DNA of 63,964 nucleotides, filler included, from Deltaproteobacteria bacterium (lineage in GTDB: Bacteria > JACQOV01): the NCBI GenBank assembly GCA_016202395.1. It is 5 parts of 5 records of this genome, joined end to end, with 100 filler letters (N's around TTAATTAATTAA, not from the genome) between each part and the next. Parts side by side here need not be neighbours in the genome. Positions count along the whole stretch, not along the records: positions 10,722 to 34,732 come from JACQOV010000008.1; 4 more parts are not named here. One strand, given 5' to 3'. The notes under the pieces were generated by a model. That model saw nothing but the letters and a program-made list of their open reading frames with translations, had not been told where the DNA came from and searched no databases. Shown one piece after another: positions 18,839 through 30,288 of this stretch (position 1 is the stretch's first letter; every line of letters starts with the position of its first letter). Both the position numbers and the translations under genes were made by a program.

Positions 18839-20665
18839 CTACCACGGTGACAAAGTCCAATCGGCATCGCTAATGAGTCGATCAGCAATCTTCCCTCGAA
18901 GCGCTGTAAGATTGGCCGGCACGAAGGGGAGAAACGTCGCAATCTTTTTGAGCTCCTCTGCAAGCTCATTTTTCGAAAAGATGGCGGCAACAGCGCGGCG
19001 ATTTCGCTCTGCGAGCCGATCGATGGTTTCTGTCGCAAAGGCCTCTGCGATTGCCTTAGGGATTTCGGCGGTAGCCTCCCCTTTTAGGACCGCAAGTTTC
19101 CGAACCCGAGCCACCGTGCTGTCCAGGGCGTAAATATCGGTGATGTTATCGCTAAGAGTCATTAAAAGATCCTGCTCCTTTTCCAGTTCCATGCCATACC
19201 TCTGAGCAATGAGCCCCGTGCTATAAAGGACATAGGCTCGGGCCTGCTCCAACGCTTGAATCTGCTCCGCGAGCATCCCCTCACCCATCGCTCCTTTAGG
19301 CGTTCCACTGGCAACCTCCTCGGTCGCTTGCGCAATGGCATCGAACAACGGGATCGTCCCCTTGAAGGCCTTGCGAAGGAGCATCGCGGGAATCAGCATC
19401 CGGTTGATCTCGTTGGTCCCCTCAAAGATCCGGTTGATCCGAGAATCGCGATAGTAACGTTCCACCTGGTAATCTTGGATAAAACCGTAGCCACCGTACA
19501 TCTGAAGCGCCTCATCCACCACAGCGGAGAGCATCTCAGAGCCAAAAACCTTTAAAGCAGAGGCCTCTGTGGTATATTCTTCCAAAAATTTAGCCGCTTT
19601 CTTGTAATAATCTGGAGAGTTTTTTTCAAGCGTCGCAATGGCCACGTCGATGTACCCCACGGTGCGGAAAGCCATGCTATCTAAAGCATAGATTCGCGTT
19701 GCCATAGCGCCAATCTTCGATTTCATAGCCTGAAATTCAACGATCGGCGTTCCAAACTGTTTTCTTTCGATCCCATATCGAAGGGTCTCTATTAAAACAT
19801 GCTTGGCAGTCCCTCCGGTTGCAATCCCTAATTTCAACCGCCCCGCATTGAGGGTATTGAAAGCGATGTAATGCCCCTTCCCAATCTCCCCTAAAACATT
19901 TTCAACGGGAACCTTACAATCTTGCAATGTCACCGAACAGGTGGAAGATCCCTTGATCCCCATCTTTTTCTCCTCAGCTCCAATATGAACTCCTGGATTT
20001 TTTGTCTCAATGATAAAGGCTGTAAAATGCTCCCCATCCACTTTGGCATAAGTGATCATTAAATCCGCGAATCCGGCGTTGGTGATAAACTGTTTGGCGC
20101 CGTTAAGAATGTAGTATTTGCCATCTTCGCTAAGCTTTGCTGTGGTTTTAATGCTCAAGGCATCGGATCCCGCTCCAGGCTCCGTTAAGCCATAAGAAGA
20201 GATCTTTTCTGCCGTAGCAATCAACGGGAGATACTTTGCTCTTTGTTCCGGAGATCCATAAAAAGTAATAGGGGTCGTGCCGATACCGATATGAGCGCCA
20301 CAGGAGACCGACAGTGAAGGCGAGGTGGAAAGGCGCTGAGCCCCTAATAAACCGACCGTTTTAGGGAGTGATAAACCGCCGTACTCTTCCGGAATCTCAA
20401 AGAGGAAAAGGCCTAACTCCGCTACTTTCTTAATTAATTTTGGCATTAACCCCGGTTCTTTGGCATCAATCTGATCGTGAAGAGGAAAAATCTCTTTTCG
20501 CAGAAAATTCTTAATGGTCTCTATAAAAGCCAAATGCTCCTCCGAGACCTCCGCCTCAATAAAAGGATCGGCCTTCGAGACCGGATCCCACAAAAAACTT
20601 CCCCCTCGAATCATCTCTTGGGTTGTTGTCTCCACGCAAAACCTCCCCGATGGCAAAACCATCAT
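18839..20665 (-). CDS. Long acyl-CoA dehydrogenase (FadE-like)
   Basis: LTEPGAGSDA, KMGIKGSST, GGYGF, RIFEGTNEINR. Confidence 0.93.
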   Translation of the reverse strand: MMVLPSGRFCVETTTQEMIRGGSFLWDPVSKADPFIEAEVSEEHLAFIETIKNFLRKEIFPLHDQIDAKEPGLMPKLIKKVAELGLFLFEIPEEYGGLSLPKTVGLLGAQRLSTSPSLSVSCGAHIGIGTTPITFYGSPEQRAKYLPLIATAEKISSYGLTEPGAGSDALSIKTTAKLSEDGKYYILNGAKQFITNAGFADLMITYAKVDGEHFTAFIIETKNPGVHIGAEEKKMGIKGSSTCSVTLQDCKVPVENVLGEIGKGHYIAFNTLNAGRLKLGIATGGTAKHVLIETLRYGIERKQFGTPIVEFQAMKSKIGAMATRIYALDSMAFRTVGYIDVAIATLEKNSPDYYKKAAKFLEEYTTEASALKVFGSEMLSAVVDEALQMYGGYGFIQDYQVERYYRDSRINRIFEGTNEINRMLIPAMLLRKAFKGTIPLFDAIAQATEEVASGTPKGAMGEGMLAEQIQALEQARAYVLYSTGLIAQRYGMELEKEQDLLMTLSDNITDIYALDSTVARVRKLAVLKGEATAEIPKAIAEAFATETIDRLAERNRRAVAAIFSKNELAEELKKIATFLPFVPANLTALRGKIADRLISDADWTLSPW

Positions 20666-20727
20666 TAATCATGATACAATGAATTGTGATACAATGTGAT
20701 CTTATCACTTCTATCATCTTTTAAGAA

Positions 20728-22302
20728 ATGAATCAATATTCATTTTTACAGTCCCAACCGTCCAAGGGAAGGCTTCATCTGATTCGAATGCAACGTCGGA
20801 TCTTTAGAGATCTTCAACGAGAGGCGCGTGAACGGGTGGGCCCTCCTCCTAAGAATTTAGAGCGAGCCCTCCAATCGTATGAGCGTTCTTTTAAAAGAAT
20901 CCAAAAGATCGCCTCCATGCCTAAGATTCTTGAAGAAATCCTTAAGTCCTGTATCGTTCTGTTAGGAGATTACCACACACTGCGACAATCGCAAAAATCC
21001 TGTTTAAAGATTCTTCAAGGAATCGTGGCTCAAGAGCGGAAAGTCATTCTCGCAATGGAACTCATTTATCGCAAAGATCAACCGATTCTAGATCGATACC
21101 TCCAAGGGGAGATCAACGAGAAGAGTTTTCTGAACGCGATCCGCTATCACACGACGTTTCCTTTTAATTGGGTGAATTACAAACCGATCTTCGAATTTGC
21201 CAAACAGCGCCAAATCCCGGTGTTTGGGATCAATTTCCCTGCGCGCCACTCCAAGGATTCTCTGAAAGAGCGGGATCAAAAAGGGGCCAAGGAGATCGTG
21301 AAACTTGTCGAGAAGAATCCGGGGGCTATCCTCCTGGTTCTTTACGGAGACCTCCACTTAAGAAAGGAAGGAATTCCGTGTTTTGTCCAAGAAGAAGTTC
21401 AAAGAAAAAATTTAACCCAACGCCTTCTCGTCCTCTATCAGAATAACGAGTCCCTGTACTGGAAACTCGCCAACAGAGGGATTGAAGACAAAACAGAGGC
21501 AGTCCAATTGTCCACAAACGCCTATTGCCTTATCAATTCCGCCCCATGGATTAAACTGCAATCGTACCTGCTGTGGTTGGAATATGGCGAAGATCTTTTA
21601 TGTAAATATTACAACGAATGCGATCTCGAAGAACACTCTCACTCGGCATTTGATTACAGCCACGAGATTGCCCAATTCGCGCAACGGATCACAGAGTTTT
21701 TGAAGCTCCCTTCTGTCAGTCTCGAAGGTTTTGAGGTCCACACGATGGACGATCTCCGTTTTCTCAATCGTTATGCCCTGCTTCGCAAATGGGAAATTCG
21801 ACGATGGATCCTGCATAGCAAAAGCTGCTATCTCCCTGAGAAAAAAATCATCTATTTGGCGCGCCTCGATGTGAACCATGCGGCAGAGGAGGCCGCTGAA
21901 TTCATCCACCATGCCACCAGCGACTACCCGATCCAAGATTATCTAGAGCCTCCTTACTTCTTCCATCGCGCCTGGAGAAAAGCCCTTGGGTTTTTCGGAT
22001 CGAAACTGATTAACCCTAAACGGAAAGTCCCCTCCATCGCTAAAGGGAACCCCTGGTATGGGATCGCGCATCCCTATCAACATCTTTTGAACCCCAATCA
22101 AAAAATTCAGGAATGGGGCCAAGAGGATCGACGCTATTACTTTGAGATCTCGAGGCATTGGGGTTATCTCTTGGGAGATAAGTTATTTCAGCGTTTTTCA
22201 GAGGGGAAGATCGGGCTTGAAAAAGTGGCGAGCCTATTTCATGAGCCTTTCCAAGAACCTGAAACCGCCGCTCACCAATTCCGCAACGGGTTGCTTCTTT
22301 GA
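20728..22302 (+). CDS. Hypothetical protein with ChaN-like N-terminal domain
   Basis: LLGDYHT, LAMEL and YGDLHL motifs resemble ChaN/TIKI-superfamily proteins; 524-aa ORF. Confidence 0.6.
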   Translation: MNQYSFLQSQPSKGRLHLIRMQRRIFRDLQREARERVGPPPKNLERALQSYERSFKRIQKIASMPKILEEILKSCIVLLGDYHTLRQSQKSCLKILQGIVAQERKVILAMELIYRKDQPILDRYLQGEINEKSFLNAIRYHTTFPFNWVNYKPIFEFAKQRQIPVFGINFPARHSKDSLKERDQKGAKEIVKLVEKNPGAILLVLYGDLHLRKEGIPCFVQEEVQRKNLTQRLLVLYQNNESLYWKLANRGIEDKTEAVQLSTNAYCLINSAPWIKLQSYLLWLEYGEDLLCKYYNECDLEEHSHSAFDYSHEIAQFAQRITEFLKLPSVSLEGFEVHTMDDLRFLNRYALLRKWEIRRWILHSKSCYLPEKKIIYLARLDVNHAAEEAAEFIHHATSDYPIQDYLEPPYFFHRAWRKALGFFGSKLINPKRKVPSIAKGNPWYGIAHPYQHLLNPNQKIQEWGQEDRRYYFEISRHWGYLLGDKLFQRFSEGKIGLEKVASLFHEPFQEPETAAHQFRNGLLL

Positions 22303-22333
22303 GGTCGAGAGTCAACCACAATGGAGTGGAAAT

Positions 22334-25108
22334 TCATGAGACAGAAAGAGATCGAAGATGCGGTTGGAGAGCCTGGCCGGTGTAGGAATGACGGACTTGG
22401 GCTATTTCTTCAGGAGTTCCAACAGCCACAAGCCTCCCTCCTTCTTCTCCTCCTTCGGGCCCCAGGTCGAGGATGTAATCGGCCACTTTCATGACATCGA
22501 GGTGGTGTTCCACCACAACAACGGTGTTGCCGTTAGAAACCAATTTTTGAAGCATCTGCAAAAGCTTTCGAACATCGTGGGTGTGAAGACCGGTTGTGGG
22601 TTCATCCAATAAGTAGAGAACTCCGCGCTGGCTTTGAGATTGAACCTCCGCACAAATTTTCAAGCGCTGAGATTCTCCTCCAGAAAGGGTTGTGGCAGGT
22701 TGGCCCAATCGGAGATAGCCCAATCCCATCTCGTCCAACAGATGAAGAGGCCTCACAACGGACGAATAATCCCTGAAAAACGGAACGGCGCCCGACACCG
22801 TCATTTCCAAAACCTCCGAGATGTTTTTCCCCTGATAGCGAACTCGCAGGACCTCGGGAAGATAACGTCTCCCCTGGCAACGATCGCAGCTGACATAGAT
22901 ATCCTCAAAAAAATACATCTCCAGACGAATTTTCCCAGCCCCTTGGCAGTGCGGGCATCTCCCCCCCTCGACATTGAAAGAGAAATGGCCTGAGTTCAAG
23001 CCTTGCCATTGAGCCTCGGGGACAGAGGCAAAGATCCTTCGAATCTCATCGAAGGCTTTCACATAAGTAATCGGATTGGAACGAGGGGTTTTCCCAATCG
23101 GCTCTTGATCGATCAGCCGAATCGACTGAAGATATTCCATGCCTGAGATTTTTTTAAAACGCCCCATCGGCGGGAATTCGATTTTGAAAATCCGGGCCAG
23201 CGCGGCATAGAGAACATCATAGAGCAAAGTGCTCTTGCCCGCTCCTGAAACACCGGTGATGCAAGTGAAGGTAGTCAAAGGGATCCGCACATCGATCTCT
23301 TTAAGATTATGTTCACTAGCCCCTTCCACCACAAGCCATTGAGGGCCCAGCGGGCGACGTTTCGCAGGAATCGGGATCTCAAGCTCTCCTCTGAGATATT
23401 GAGCCGTGAGGGTATTTTGCGATCGGCGAAAATCTTCAAACGACCCTGAAAAAAGGACATTCCCCCCTCCCTCCCCTCCTCCAGGCCCTAGTTCCACAAT
23501 GTGATCCGCTTTCTCGATGAGGGTTCGATCGTGCTCCACCACAATGCCGGTATTCCCCTGCCGCGTGAGATCGTAAACCAAAGAGGCCAACCGTTCTGTG
23601 TCTCTGGGGTGCAAACCAATCGTCGGCTCATCGAGAACATAGAGTGTCCCCACAAGCTTGGAGCCGATGTGATTGGCCAAAGCAATCCGTTGAGATTCTC
23701 CGCCGGAAAGGGTCTTCGTCTGCCGATCCAATGTGAGATAATGGAGGCCCACACGACGAAGCAGATCAAGCTTGGCCGAGAGGTGACCTAGGATTTCCTC
23801 AGCAATCTCACGCTCCATGCGAGTCCACTCTCTTTTCTTAAACCATTCGGAGGCCTCGTCCACCGTCTTTCGACAGAAATCTCCAATCGAGAGAGAATGG
23901 ATCCGGACACTCATCGCTTCGCGTCTCAAACGCATCCCTTGACACTCAGAACAGATAAAAGGGGATTTATAGCGACTTAAAAAAACGCGCACATGAAGTT
24001 TGTATCGCTTCTCTTCAAGCTTTTGGAAGAATTCGTCGATTCCATAAAAAGTTCTTCCTCCCTCAAAAACCAATTTCTGGATCTTTTTTGGCAGACGGGC
24101 CCAAGGGGTATCGAGATCCATCTTATAGTGTGGGGCGGCCTGAGCTAACTGCTCAGACCACCCTCGATAAGCGGGTTTCGTCCATGGCTCAACGGCGCCT
24201 TGACGAAGCGAAAGAGAGCGGTTGGGGATCGCTTTGTCCGGATCGTACCGAAGGATATTTCCAAAACCGCGACACACAGAACAGGCCCCCAGCGGAGAGT
24301 TGAACGAGAAAAGGAGGGGGTGAGGAGACTCGCAACGACGACCGCATTGGCGACACCTCCTCTCGGAGGAGAAGCTCTCCAGGGAGCGCCCCACAACCTC
24401 TATCTGCGCCGTCCCTTGGCCTCGCTGGAACGCCGTCTCAAACGCTTCCACTAACCGGGAGCGGCCCTGTTCCGAGATCTCTAAACGATCCACCACCACT
24501 GAAATCGCGTGGACACGACGAAGTTGAAGATGGGGCTCTTCCAAATCCTGCGCAAGAGAGCCGACCTTGATCCGGAGAAATCCCTCCTTCAACAATTCCG
24601 ATTTGAGCTCCTCAAAGGTCTGCTGGGGAGGCCACTGGCGCGGGAAAAGAACGAAAGCTCTATCGCCCGAATACTGAGCAATGGTTTTATCCGCAAGCGA
24701 GGTCGGGGTCTCTTTAGAAACTTCCACTCCGCACTCTACGCAATGGATCTTGCCAATCTTTGCGTAGAGCAAGCGGAGATAATCCGAGAGTTCCGTCGCA
24801 GTCCCCACGGTCGATCGAGAGGTTCGAACAGGATTTTTCTGCTCAATGGCGATGGCAGGTCGGATATTTCCGATCTCATCGACATCGGGCCGATCCAATT
24901 TTTCAATAAACATCCGCGCATAGGTGGAGAGAGATTCGACATAGCGCCACTGCCCCTCGGCAAAGAGGGTATCAAAGGCAAGTGAAGATTTTCCAGAACC
25001 ACTCACCCCGGTAATCACTGTAAGTTTATTGTGGGGAATATCGAGCGAGATGTTTTTTAAATTATTCTGCCTTGCCCCTCGTATCGTTAAATGATTCAGC
25101 GTTCCCAC
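22334..25108 (-). CDS. uvrA: Excinuclease ABC subunit A
   Basis: GARQNNLK, two Walker A motifs, two LSGGE signatures, Zn fingers; GTG start after GGAG. Confidence 0.93.
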   Translation of the reverse strand: MGTLNHLTIRGARQNNLKNISLDIPHNKLTVITGVSGSGKSSLAFDTLFAEGQWRYVESLSTYARMFIEKLDRPDVDEIGNIRPAIAIEQKNPVRTSRSTVGTATELSDYLRLLYAKIGKIHCVECGVEVSKETPTSLADKTIAQYSGDRAFVLFPRQWPPQQTFEELKSELLKEGFLRIKVGSLAQDLEEPHLQLRRVHAISVVVDRLEISEQGRSRLVEAFETAFQRGQGTAQIEVVGRSLESFSSERRCRQCGRRCESPHPLLFSFNSPLGACSVCRGFGNILRYDPDKAIPNRSLSLRQGAVEPWTKPAYRGWSEQLAQAAPHYKMDLDTPWARLPKKIQKLVFEGGRTFYGIDEFFQKLEEKRYKLHVRVFLSRYKSPFICSECQGMRLRREAMSVRIHSLSIGDFCRKTVDEASEWFKKREWTRMEREIAEEILGHLSAKLDLLRRVGLHYLTLDRQTKTLSGGESQRIALANHIGSKLVGTLYVLDEPTIGLHPRDTERLASLVYDLTRQGNTGIVVEHDRTLIEKADHIVELGPGGGEGGGNVLFSGSFEDFRRSQNTLTAQYLRGELEIPIPAKRRPLGPQWLVVEGASEHNLKEIDVRIPLTTFTCITGVSGAGKSTLLYDVLYAALARIFKIEFPPMGRFKKISGMEYLQSIRLIDQEPIGKTPRSNPITYVKAFDEIRRIFASVPEAQWQGLNSGHFSFNVEGGRCPHCQGAGKIRLEMYFFEDIYVSCDRCQGRRYLPEVLRVRYQGKNISEVLEMTVSGAVPFFRDYSSVVRPLHLLDEMGLGYLRLGQPATTLSGGESQRLKICAEVQSQSQRGVLYLLDEPTTGLHTHDVRKLLQMLQKLVSNGNTVVVVEHHLDVMKVADYILDLGPEGGEEGGRLVAVGTPEEIAQVRHSYTGQALQPHLRSLSVS

Positions 25109-25127
25109 CTTCCACACTCCTACACTT

Positions 25128-26714
25128 TTAGAAGGATTGGCTCGAGCCAAATGAAAACACAAACCCCTGCTCCCCATCGACATCGTTCAAAGCCCATGCG
25201 AAATCGAGACGAATAACATTAAGGCTTGTCGAACGAGTGAAACCAAAGCGGAATCCAAATCCCACATCGCTTTTCAAATCTTGCAAATTAAAATTTGCCC
25301 CTTCCGGCCACACATATCCTGAATCGAAGAAAACAACCGCCCCTGGAGAAACCACGTGAAAAAAGTCTTCTAAGAAAAAGATCCGATCCTCCACATTGAG
25401 CAACAAATACTTGTTTCCCGTAAACTGCAGATTGGGATAACCCCGCAGTCCGCTATCTCCGCCCAAAACAAATTGTCGCTCTGGATCTAAATGCCATGAG
25501 GCAACCTCTTCCACGTTAACAGCAAGGGTTTGACGCAACAAAGCGGCAAAGTAGTAGTAATATCGAAGTTGAAAAATCTGAACCGTGTTTTCGAAAACTT
25601 CCGCGGTGGGACGCCCACTCACAGAGGCTCCTGCTAAAGCAAAATGTCTCGATCCAAACTCATAGCCTTGAGAATCCGAAACCACAAAAAATTGCCGATC
25701 TTGATCTCCTCCTAAAATTTCTGGAGAATAACCCGCGAAAGCAATAAAGTTGTTCCCCAAGTTAACATCCTCTTCTCTTTCAAAAGCATTAATATAATTC
25801 ACCTTGATAAAGCCATCCTCAATCCGCTGGTAGGCCAATCCAAATCGACTGAATCGACGATCTTCGGGGAATAGGTCGGGATCGGTTGAGACGGTTTGAG
25901 TAAAATCATCGTCCTCATAAAGGTAAGAGAAAGACAAGCGATGATAAGTATTCCCACTCTCCGCAATCTTGCGACTATAGAGGGTTTCAAAGAGTCGGGC
26001 CTGTTCACCGAAAGAGGAAACGGCCTCCGCAGACTCATAGAGTGTATCGGTTTGATCCCAACCCCTCCACAAAAGGCTCATCGCCCAAGGGGTATGCAAG
26101 GCATAGAAGGGGCGGTCAAACCGGCTTGAAAGGAAAAAACCGTCGGATCGGGTTTCATATCTCAGATTCAACCGATAGCGGCTGCTAAAAAGCCGCGGAT
26201 CGAAATAACGGAACTCCATGTTTTCGCGTGTCGTCTCATTGGAATAAAAAATGCTGGCTGTTTTGCCATAACCTAAAAGGTTCCTCTCCAAGAGACCCAA
26301 GGCGGACTCCGTTCCCTCGCTTGTTCCCTTAAAATTGAGCTGAGGCTCTGTGCTCCATGCATCCTGAGCCTGAACAACGATATCGGCAACTCCATTTTTT
26401 TCTGGAAGCGGGAAAATATGAACCGATTGGAAAAGACTCAATTCCCGGAGGTTTCTTTCAGATTCTTCCAATAACTTTGGATCCAAAATGTCCCCCTCTT
26501 TGAAAAGGAGCTCTCGCGCAATCACTGGTTCCCGAGTCACGAGGTGCAAACGGTTCACCGTTTGATAGAAGAGATGTCGCTGATCTGAAAATGTCGGATC
26601 AAAAATGTTGATCCGATCAATAAAAATCCGGCCCACGGTTAAACCTTGGCAGAAGGCTTTGAAGGGAAAAGCCAAAAAGCCAAAACAAACAAAGATTAAA
26701 AATAACGCGCGCAA
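25128..26714 (-). CDS. Omp85 (BamA/TamA) family outer membrane protein
   Basis: Signal peptide, POTRA-like segment, LRGY loop, terminal Phe. Confidence 0.82.
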   Translation of the reverse strand: MRALFLIFVCFGFLAFPFKAFCQGLTVGRIFIDRINIFDPTFSDQRHLFYQTVNRLHLVTREPVIARELLFKEGDILDPKLLEESERNLRELSLFQSVHIFPLPEKNGVADIVVQAQDAWSTEPQLNFKGTSEGTESALGLLERNLLGYGKTASIFYSNETTRENMEFRYFDPRLFSSRYRLNLRYETRSDGFFLSSRFDRPFYALHTPWAMSLLWRGWDQTDTLYESAEAVSSFGEQARLFETLYSRKIAESGNTYHRLSFSYLYEDDDFTQTVSTDPDLFPEDRRFSRFGLAYQRIEDGFIKVNYINAFEREEDVNLGNNFIAFAGYSPEILGGDQDRQFFVVSDSQGYEFGSRHFALAGASVSGRPTAEVFENTVQIFQLRYYYYFAALLRQTLAVNVEEVASWHLDPERQFVLGGDSGLRGYPNLQFTGNKYLLLNVEDRIFFLEDFFHVVSPGAVVFFDSGYVWPEGANFNLQDLKSDVGFGFRFGFTRSTSLNVIRLDFAWALNDVDGEQGFVFSFGSSQSF

Positions 26715-26728
26715 GGAGATGCGATCTC

Positions 26729-27514
26729 TTACTTTCTTTTTCGAGCGACCGTAATAAACCCCGTATGCGCCACCATCCGATGGTCCGGCCGCAAGCTAGG
26801 ACCTTGGATAGTCCAGAAACGCTGTAAAACCTCAAAATTTTCCAGAGAACAAAAACTCTTCGAGCTCTCCAAAGCGAAAACAACTTGCTGAGATTGCTGA
26901 GCATTGGGACTGTACGAAAGCCAGATTCCACCGGTGGCCAAAGCCAGGGCCGCGTGAGGAACCACACTCCAAGGTTCTGGCAGATCGACAATCACGCGAT
27001 CTACCTCTCGCTCTTCAATTCCTAAATAGGCATCTTGTTCTTTAAAAATAAAATTTTCCGGCGCCCCCATAAAATCGGAAATATTGCGAATGGCGGTTCG
27101 AGCAAAATCTCGATTTCTATCATAAGAGATCACTTTCCCTTCTTTGCCAACGGCTCTTAGAAGATGCAAGGTGAGAGACCCCGAACCTAGGCCGCATTCG
27201 ATCACCGTCGCCCCCGGAAAGACATCCGCCCAAAGAAGAATGGAACCGATGTCCTTAGGATAGATAATCTGAGCCCCTCTTTTCATGAGGATCACGTAAT
27301 CGATGAGGCGGGGTCGAAGGACCATAAACTGCGCTCGATCTCCTAGGGTAAATCCGGGCTCCTGTCCTACGATTTCATCATGAGCAATTCGGACACCGCG
27401 AATCTCGGAAACTTTCCCTCGGGTCAAGCGACGCAAATATTGCCGTTCTTTGCGATCGATCAAAAGGATAAAGTCGCCGTCTTTTAGGGCAGAATTGAAG
27501 GTGTTCAATGTCAC
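26729..27514 (-). CDS. trmI: tRNA (adenine58-N1)-methyltransferase
   Basis: AQIIYPKD, ECGLGSG, DLPEPW, HTGF; GTG start overlaps the upstream TGA. Confidence 0.9.
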   Translation of the reverse strand: MTLNTFNSALKDGDFILLIDRKERQYLRRLTRGKVSEIRGVRIAHDEIVGQEPGFTLGDRAQFMVLRPRLIDYVILMKRGAQIIYPKDIGSILLWADVFPGATVIECGLGSGSLTLHLLRAVGKEGKVISYDRNRDFARTAIRNISDFMGAPENFIFKEQDAYLGIEEREVDRVIVDLPEPWSVVPHAALALATGGIWLSYSPNAQQSQQVVFALESSKSFCSLENFEVLQRFWTIQGPSLRPDHRMVAHTGFITVARKRK

Positions 27515-28650
27515 AATGATCGCTCGTAAATACGATAAGTTTGATCGATGGTGGCCCCCCACCGATGAAGGAAACGATGGAGGTGATCCTCCCCTTGAGG
27601 AACCCCTCCCCAAGCCAAAGTCTGATAACCGGACTGGAGGGCCTCTCCCCACACTTTGTAAACCAGGCGCGATCCAACTCCCGCTCGTTGCCTCTCAGGG
27701 AGAACTCCCACAGCGACCACCCGAGCGCAACGCAAATCCCCCAATCGAACCAGACGAGAAACAAGAGCAGGAGAAAGAGAGCGCAAAACCGGTTTTTGAA
27801 GAATAGGATGAAAATCGGGAAGCGCCATAGCAAAGCCGATCATTTCATTTCGAAATTCCGCAACCCAAACCAGATTCGGATCCAGATAAGGGCGAATCCG
27901 ATCGGCGATCCACAGGATCTCTTGAGGAGAAACCGGCACGTACCCCCACTTCTCAATCCACGCTTTTTGATAAACTTGATGGATTTTTAGCACTTCATCC
28001 CGAAAGGAGGCAGTGCTGAGAGGCCGGATTTGAACTCCTCGTGGAATTTCAAGTCGCTCGATTTTAGAGCGAACCTCTGGATCCAACAGCCCTGTCTTCG
28101 ATTGATAAACATAGAGCTCGCGCTGTGATCTAAAACCAAAATGCTCCAGGCGCGCAGAATAGCTCGGGGGGTGATAGGGAAGGCCGATGGAAGGAATGGC
28201 ATCAAAACCCTCCGAGAGGAGACCACAATTGAAGGGGCTGAAAAAGTGGACCGGCCCCCGCATCGATTCTCTCCCCTGCTTTTTAAGCCAACCCGCGGCC
28301 GCATCGAGGAGAAAACCAAAGGCCTCGTCGTCCGGAATCGATTCGAAGAAGGAGAAGAACCCGGTCCTGTCCCGATGAAAACGATTGTATCCTCGGTGAA
28401 TCACCGCGGCAATTCGTCCCGTCGATTTTAACCCTCGATAAGCGAGAAAAGGTTGGAGCTCGACCCGTTCCATGAAGGGATTCTTCCGATTCAAAATGGA
28501 TCGATCTTCCATCCACAAGCAAGGAACCCAATGAGGGTTATTGCGATAAAGATGGTAAGGAAGCGAGAAAAATTTTTGCGTCGCCAAGAATCCTTTGGCC
28601 TGTCGAACTCGAACCACGTGTTCAAAACCTCCCGTTTGAGGTTTTAACAT
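27511..28650 (-). CDS. Bacterial ceramide synthase-like double-GNAT acyltransferase (paralog 2)
   Basis: LYRNNPHWVP, GRIAA, TGFFSFFES, RGP..GLLSEGF, terminal TYRIYE; same pattern as 54782-55906. Confidence 0.7.
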   Translation of the reverse strand: MLKPQTGGFEHVVRVRQAKGFLATQKFFSLPYHLYRNNPHWVPCLWMEDRSILNRKNPFMERVELQPFLAYRGLKSTGRIAAVIHRGYNRFHRDRTGFFSFFESIPDDEAFGFLLDAAAGWLKKQGRESMRGPVHFFSPFNCGLLSEGFDAIPSIGLPYHPPSYSARLEHFGFRSQRELYVYQSKTGLLDPEVRSKIERLEIPRGVQIRPLSTASFRDEVLKIHQVYQKAWIEKWGYVPVSPQEILWIADRIRPYLDPNLVWVAEFRNEMIGFAMALPDFHPILQKPVLRSLSPALVSRLVRLGDLRCARVVAVGVLPERQRAGVGSRLVYKVWGEALQSGYQTLAWGGVPQGEDHLHRFLHRWGATIDQTYRIYERSL

Positions 28651-28684
28651 ACAAGGTTTAGGAGCCCCTGTCTATATTATCTAT

Positions 28685-28845
28685 GGGGAGGTAGGTCTCT
28701 GAACTCGCTAGCATTTCTCGCCTAGCCCGCCAGCAGCGCTTTGCGCAGCAATGCGGGCTGGCGGGCACGGCTCGAAATGAACCGCTCGTTCAGAGAACTA
28801 CCTCCCTTAGAGGGGTTAAAAATTTCTTGCGTGAGCAAAAAGGAT
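28685..28845 (+). mobile_element. Nested MITE/REP-like element, family A, copy 3
   Basis: Core IR gggaggtaggtctctgaa / ttcagagaactacctccc; internal insert as in copy 1; degenerate outer module on the right. Confidence 0.8.
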
Positions 28846-28923
28846 TTCTTGACCTAAAAACTGGGGGTGGGCAAGGGCTACACCCCATGGACAGCGCCAA
28901 AATCGCATGATAGATTCCGACCG

Positions 28924-30288
28924 ATGGTTAAACCCGTTTCCGATAAAGAAAGGCGCCTGGAGAGATCCGATCTCCGCAACTCTTTCGAAAGGGCCATGAA
29001 ACCCTCCTCCTCTTGGCAAGTGGGAGTTGAGATCGAAAAACTCGGGGTCTTTGATCCCACTGGAAAAGCTCTCCCTTACAGCGGCCCTATCAGCGTCGAT
29101 CGAGTCCACCAATCCTTGATCGATCACTTTGGCTGGAAACCGATGCACGAAAAAGACCATGTCCTGGCGCTCTACCGCGAATGCTCTTCAATCACTTTGG
29201 AACCCGGAGCCCAACACGAGCTGAGCACTTGCCCTTACCCCAACCTTCACGGCTGTCTCCAAGAGTTCCGACGACATCTTCAAGAACTTGTCCCGATTTC
29301 GAGCGCCCTTGGGATTCGATGGTTGAGTTTAGGGATGCAGCCGGTGAGTTCGCTGCAAGAGATAGAGTGGATCCCCAAAAGGCGTTACCAAATCATGTCG
29401 GAGCGGTTCAAAAAAACCGGCGCTCTCGGACCTGTGATGATGAAACAGACTGCGGGCATACAAACGAGCCTCGATTATTCGGATGAGAGAGACGCCTGCG
29501 AGAAATTTCGCGTGGGGATGGCCTTGAGCCCCATCGTTACAGCGATCTCCGCTAATTCTCCTGTTGCAGAAGGAAAACCCAATGGTTATTTGAGCTTTCG
29601 AGCTCAAGCCTGGCTCGATACCGATCCGGCTCGCTGCGGCCTTTTGAGGGAAGCGTTTTCAAACTCGTTTAATCTGGACGACTATATTGGATACGCCCTT
29701 AAAATGCCGATGATCTTTATCCAAAGGAAAGGGGATTGGATCCCCATGGATCCGATCCCTTTCGAGCAATTCCTTGAGAAAGGATACCAAGGCCACACCC
29801 CTGTTTACGCCGATTGGGAGCTTCATCTGTCCACACTCTTTTTAGAGGTTCGATTTCATCCTTACCTAGAGCTCCGCTCCAGCGACAGCCCCTCCCCAGA
29901 GCTCCTCTTCTCCATCCCCGCGTTGTGGAAGGGGATTCTTTACAGCGCTTCCGCCATGAAACAGGCCTGGGATCTTGTAAAAGACGGGTCGTGGGAAGAA
30001 CGCATGGCTGCCTATCGCGCTGTTCCGAAAGAGGGGCTTAAAACCAAATTTCGCGGAAAGCCGATTCTGCAGATCGCAAAAGACCTGTTGCAAATCGCCA
30101 AAAGAGGATTAGAAGAGCAGCGAGAAGAGGAGGCTCCGTTTCTGGAACCGTTGATGGAACTCATCACCCAAGAGGAAAGATCCCCCGCGGAGCGGATTTT
30201 AGAAAAGTGGCATGGCCCATGGCAACAACGAATTGAGCCGCTCCTCGATGATGTGGATTTTTTTAAGTTGATTAGAAAGTCATCCTGA
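28924..30288 (+). CDS. gshA: Glutamate--cysteine ligase (GCS2 family)
   Basis: GVEIEK, ITLEPGAQHELS, IPKRRY, HLSTLFLEVR, YLELR. Confidence 0.85.
   Translation: MVKPVSDKERRLERSDLRNSFERAMKPSSSWQVGVEIEKLGVFDPTGKALPYSGPISVDRVHQSLIDHFGWKPMHEKDHVLALYRECSSITLEPGAQHELSTCPYPNLHGCLQEFRRHLQELVPISSALGIRWLSLGMQPVSSLQEIEWIPKRRYQIMSERFKKTGALGPVMMKQTAGIQTSLDYSDERDACEKFRVGMALSPIVTAISANSPVAEGKPNGYLSFRAQAWLDTDPARCGLLREAFSNSFNLDDYIGYALKMPMIFIQRKGDWIPMDPIPFEQFLEKGYQGHTPVYADWELHLSTLFLEVRFHPYLELRSSDSPSPELLFSIPALWKGILYSASAMKQAWDLVKDGSWEERMAAYRAVPKEGLKTKFRGKPILQIAKDLLQIAKRGLEEQREEEAPFLEPLMELITQEERSPAERILEKWHGPWQQRIEPLLDDVDFFKLIRKSS

Noticed and set aside
26729-27652. Long N-terminal extensions of trmI, uvrA, fadN, truB, the radical SAM gene and 46435-47076 in the ORF track
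   Set aside because: They overlap upstream genes or non-coding DNA; downstream starts fit RBS or overlap patterns and family lengths
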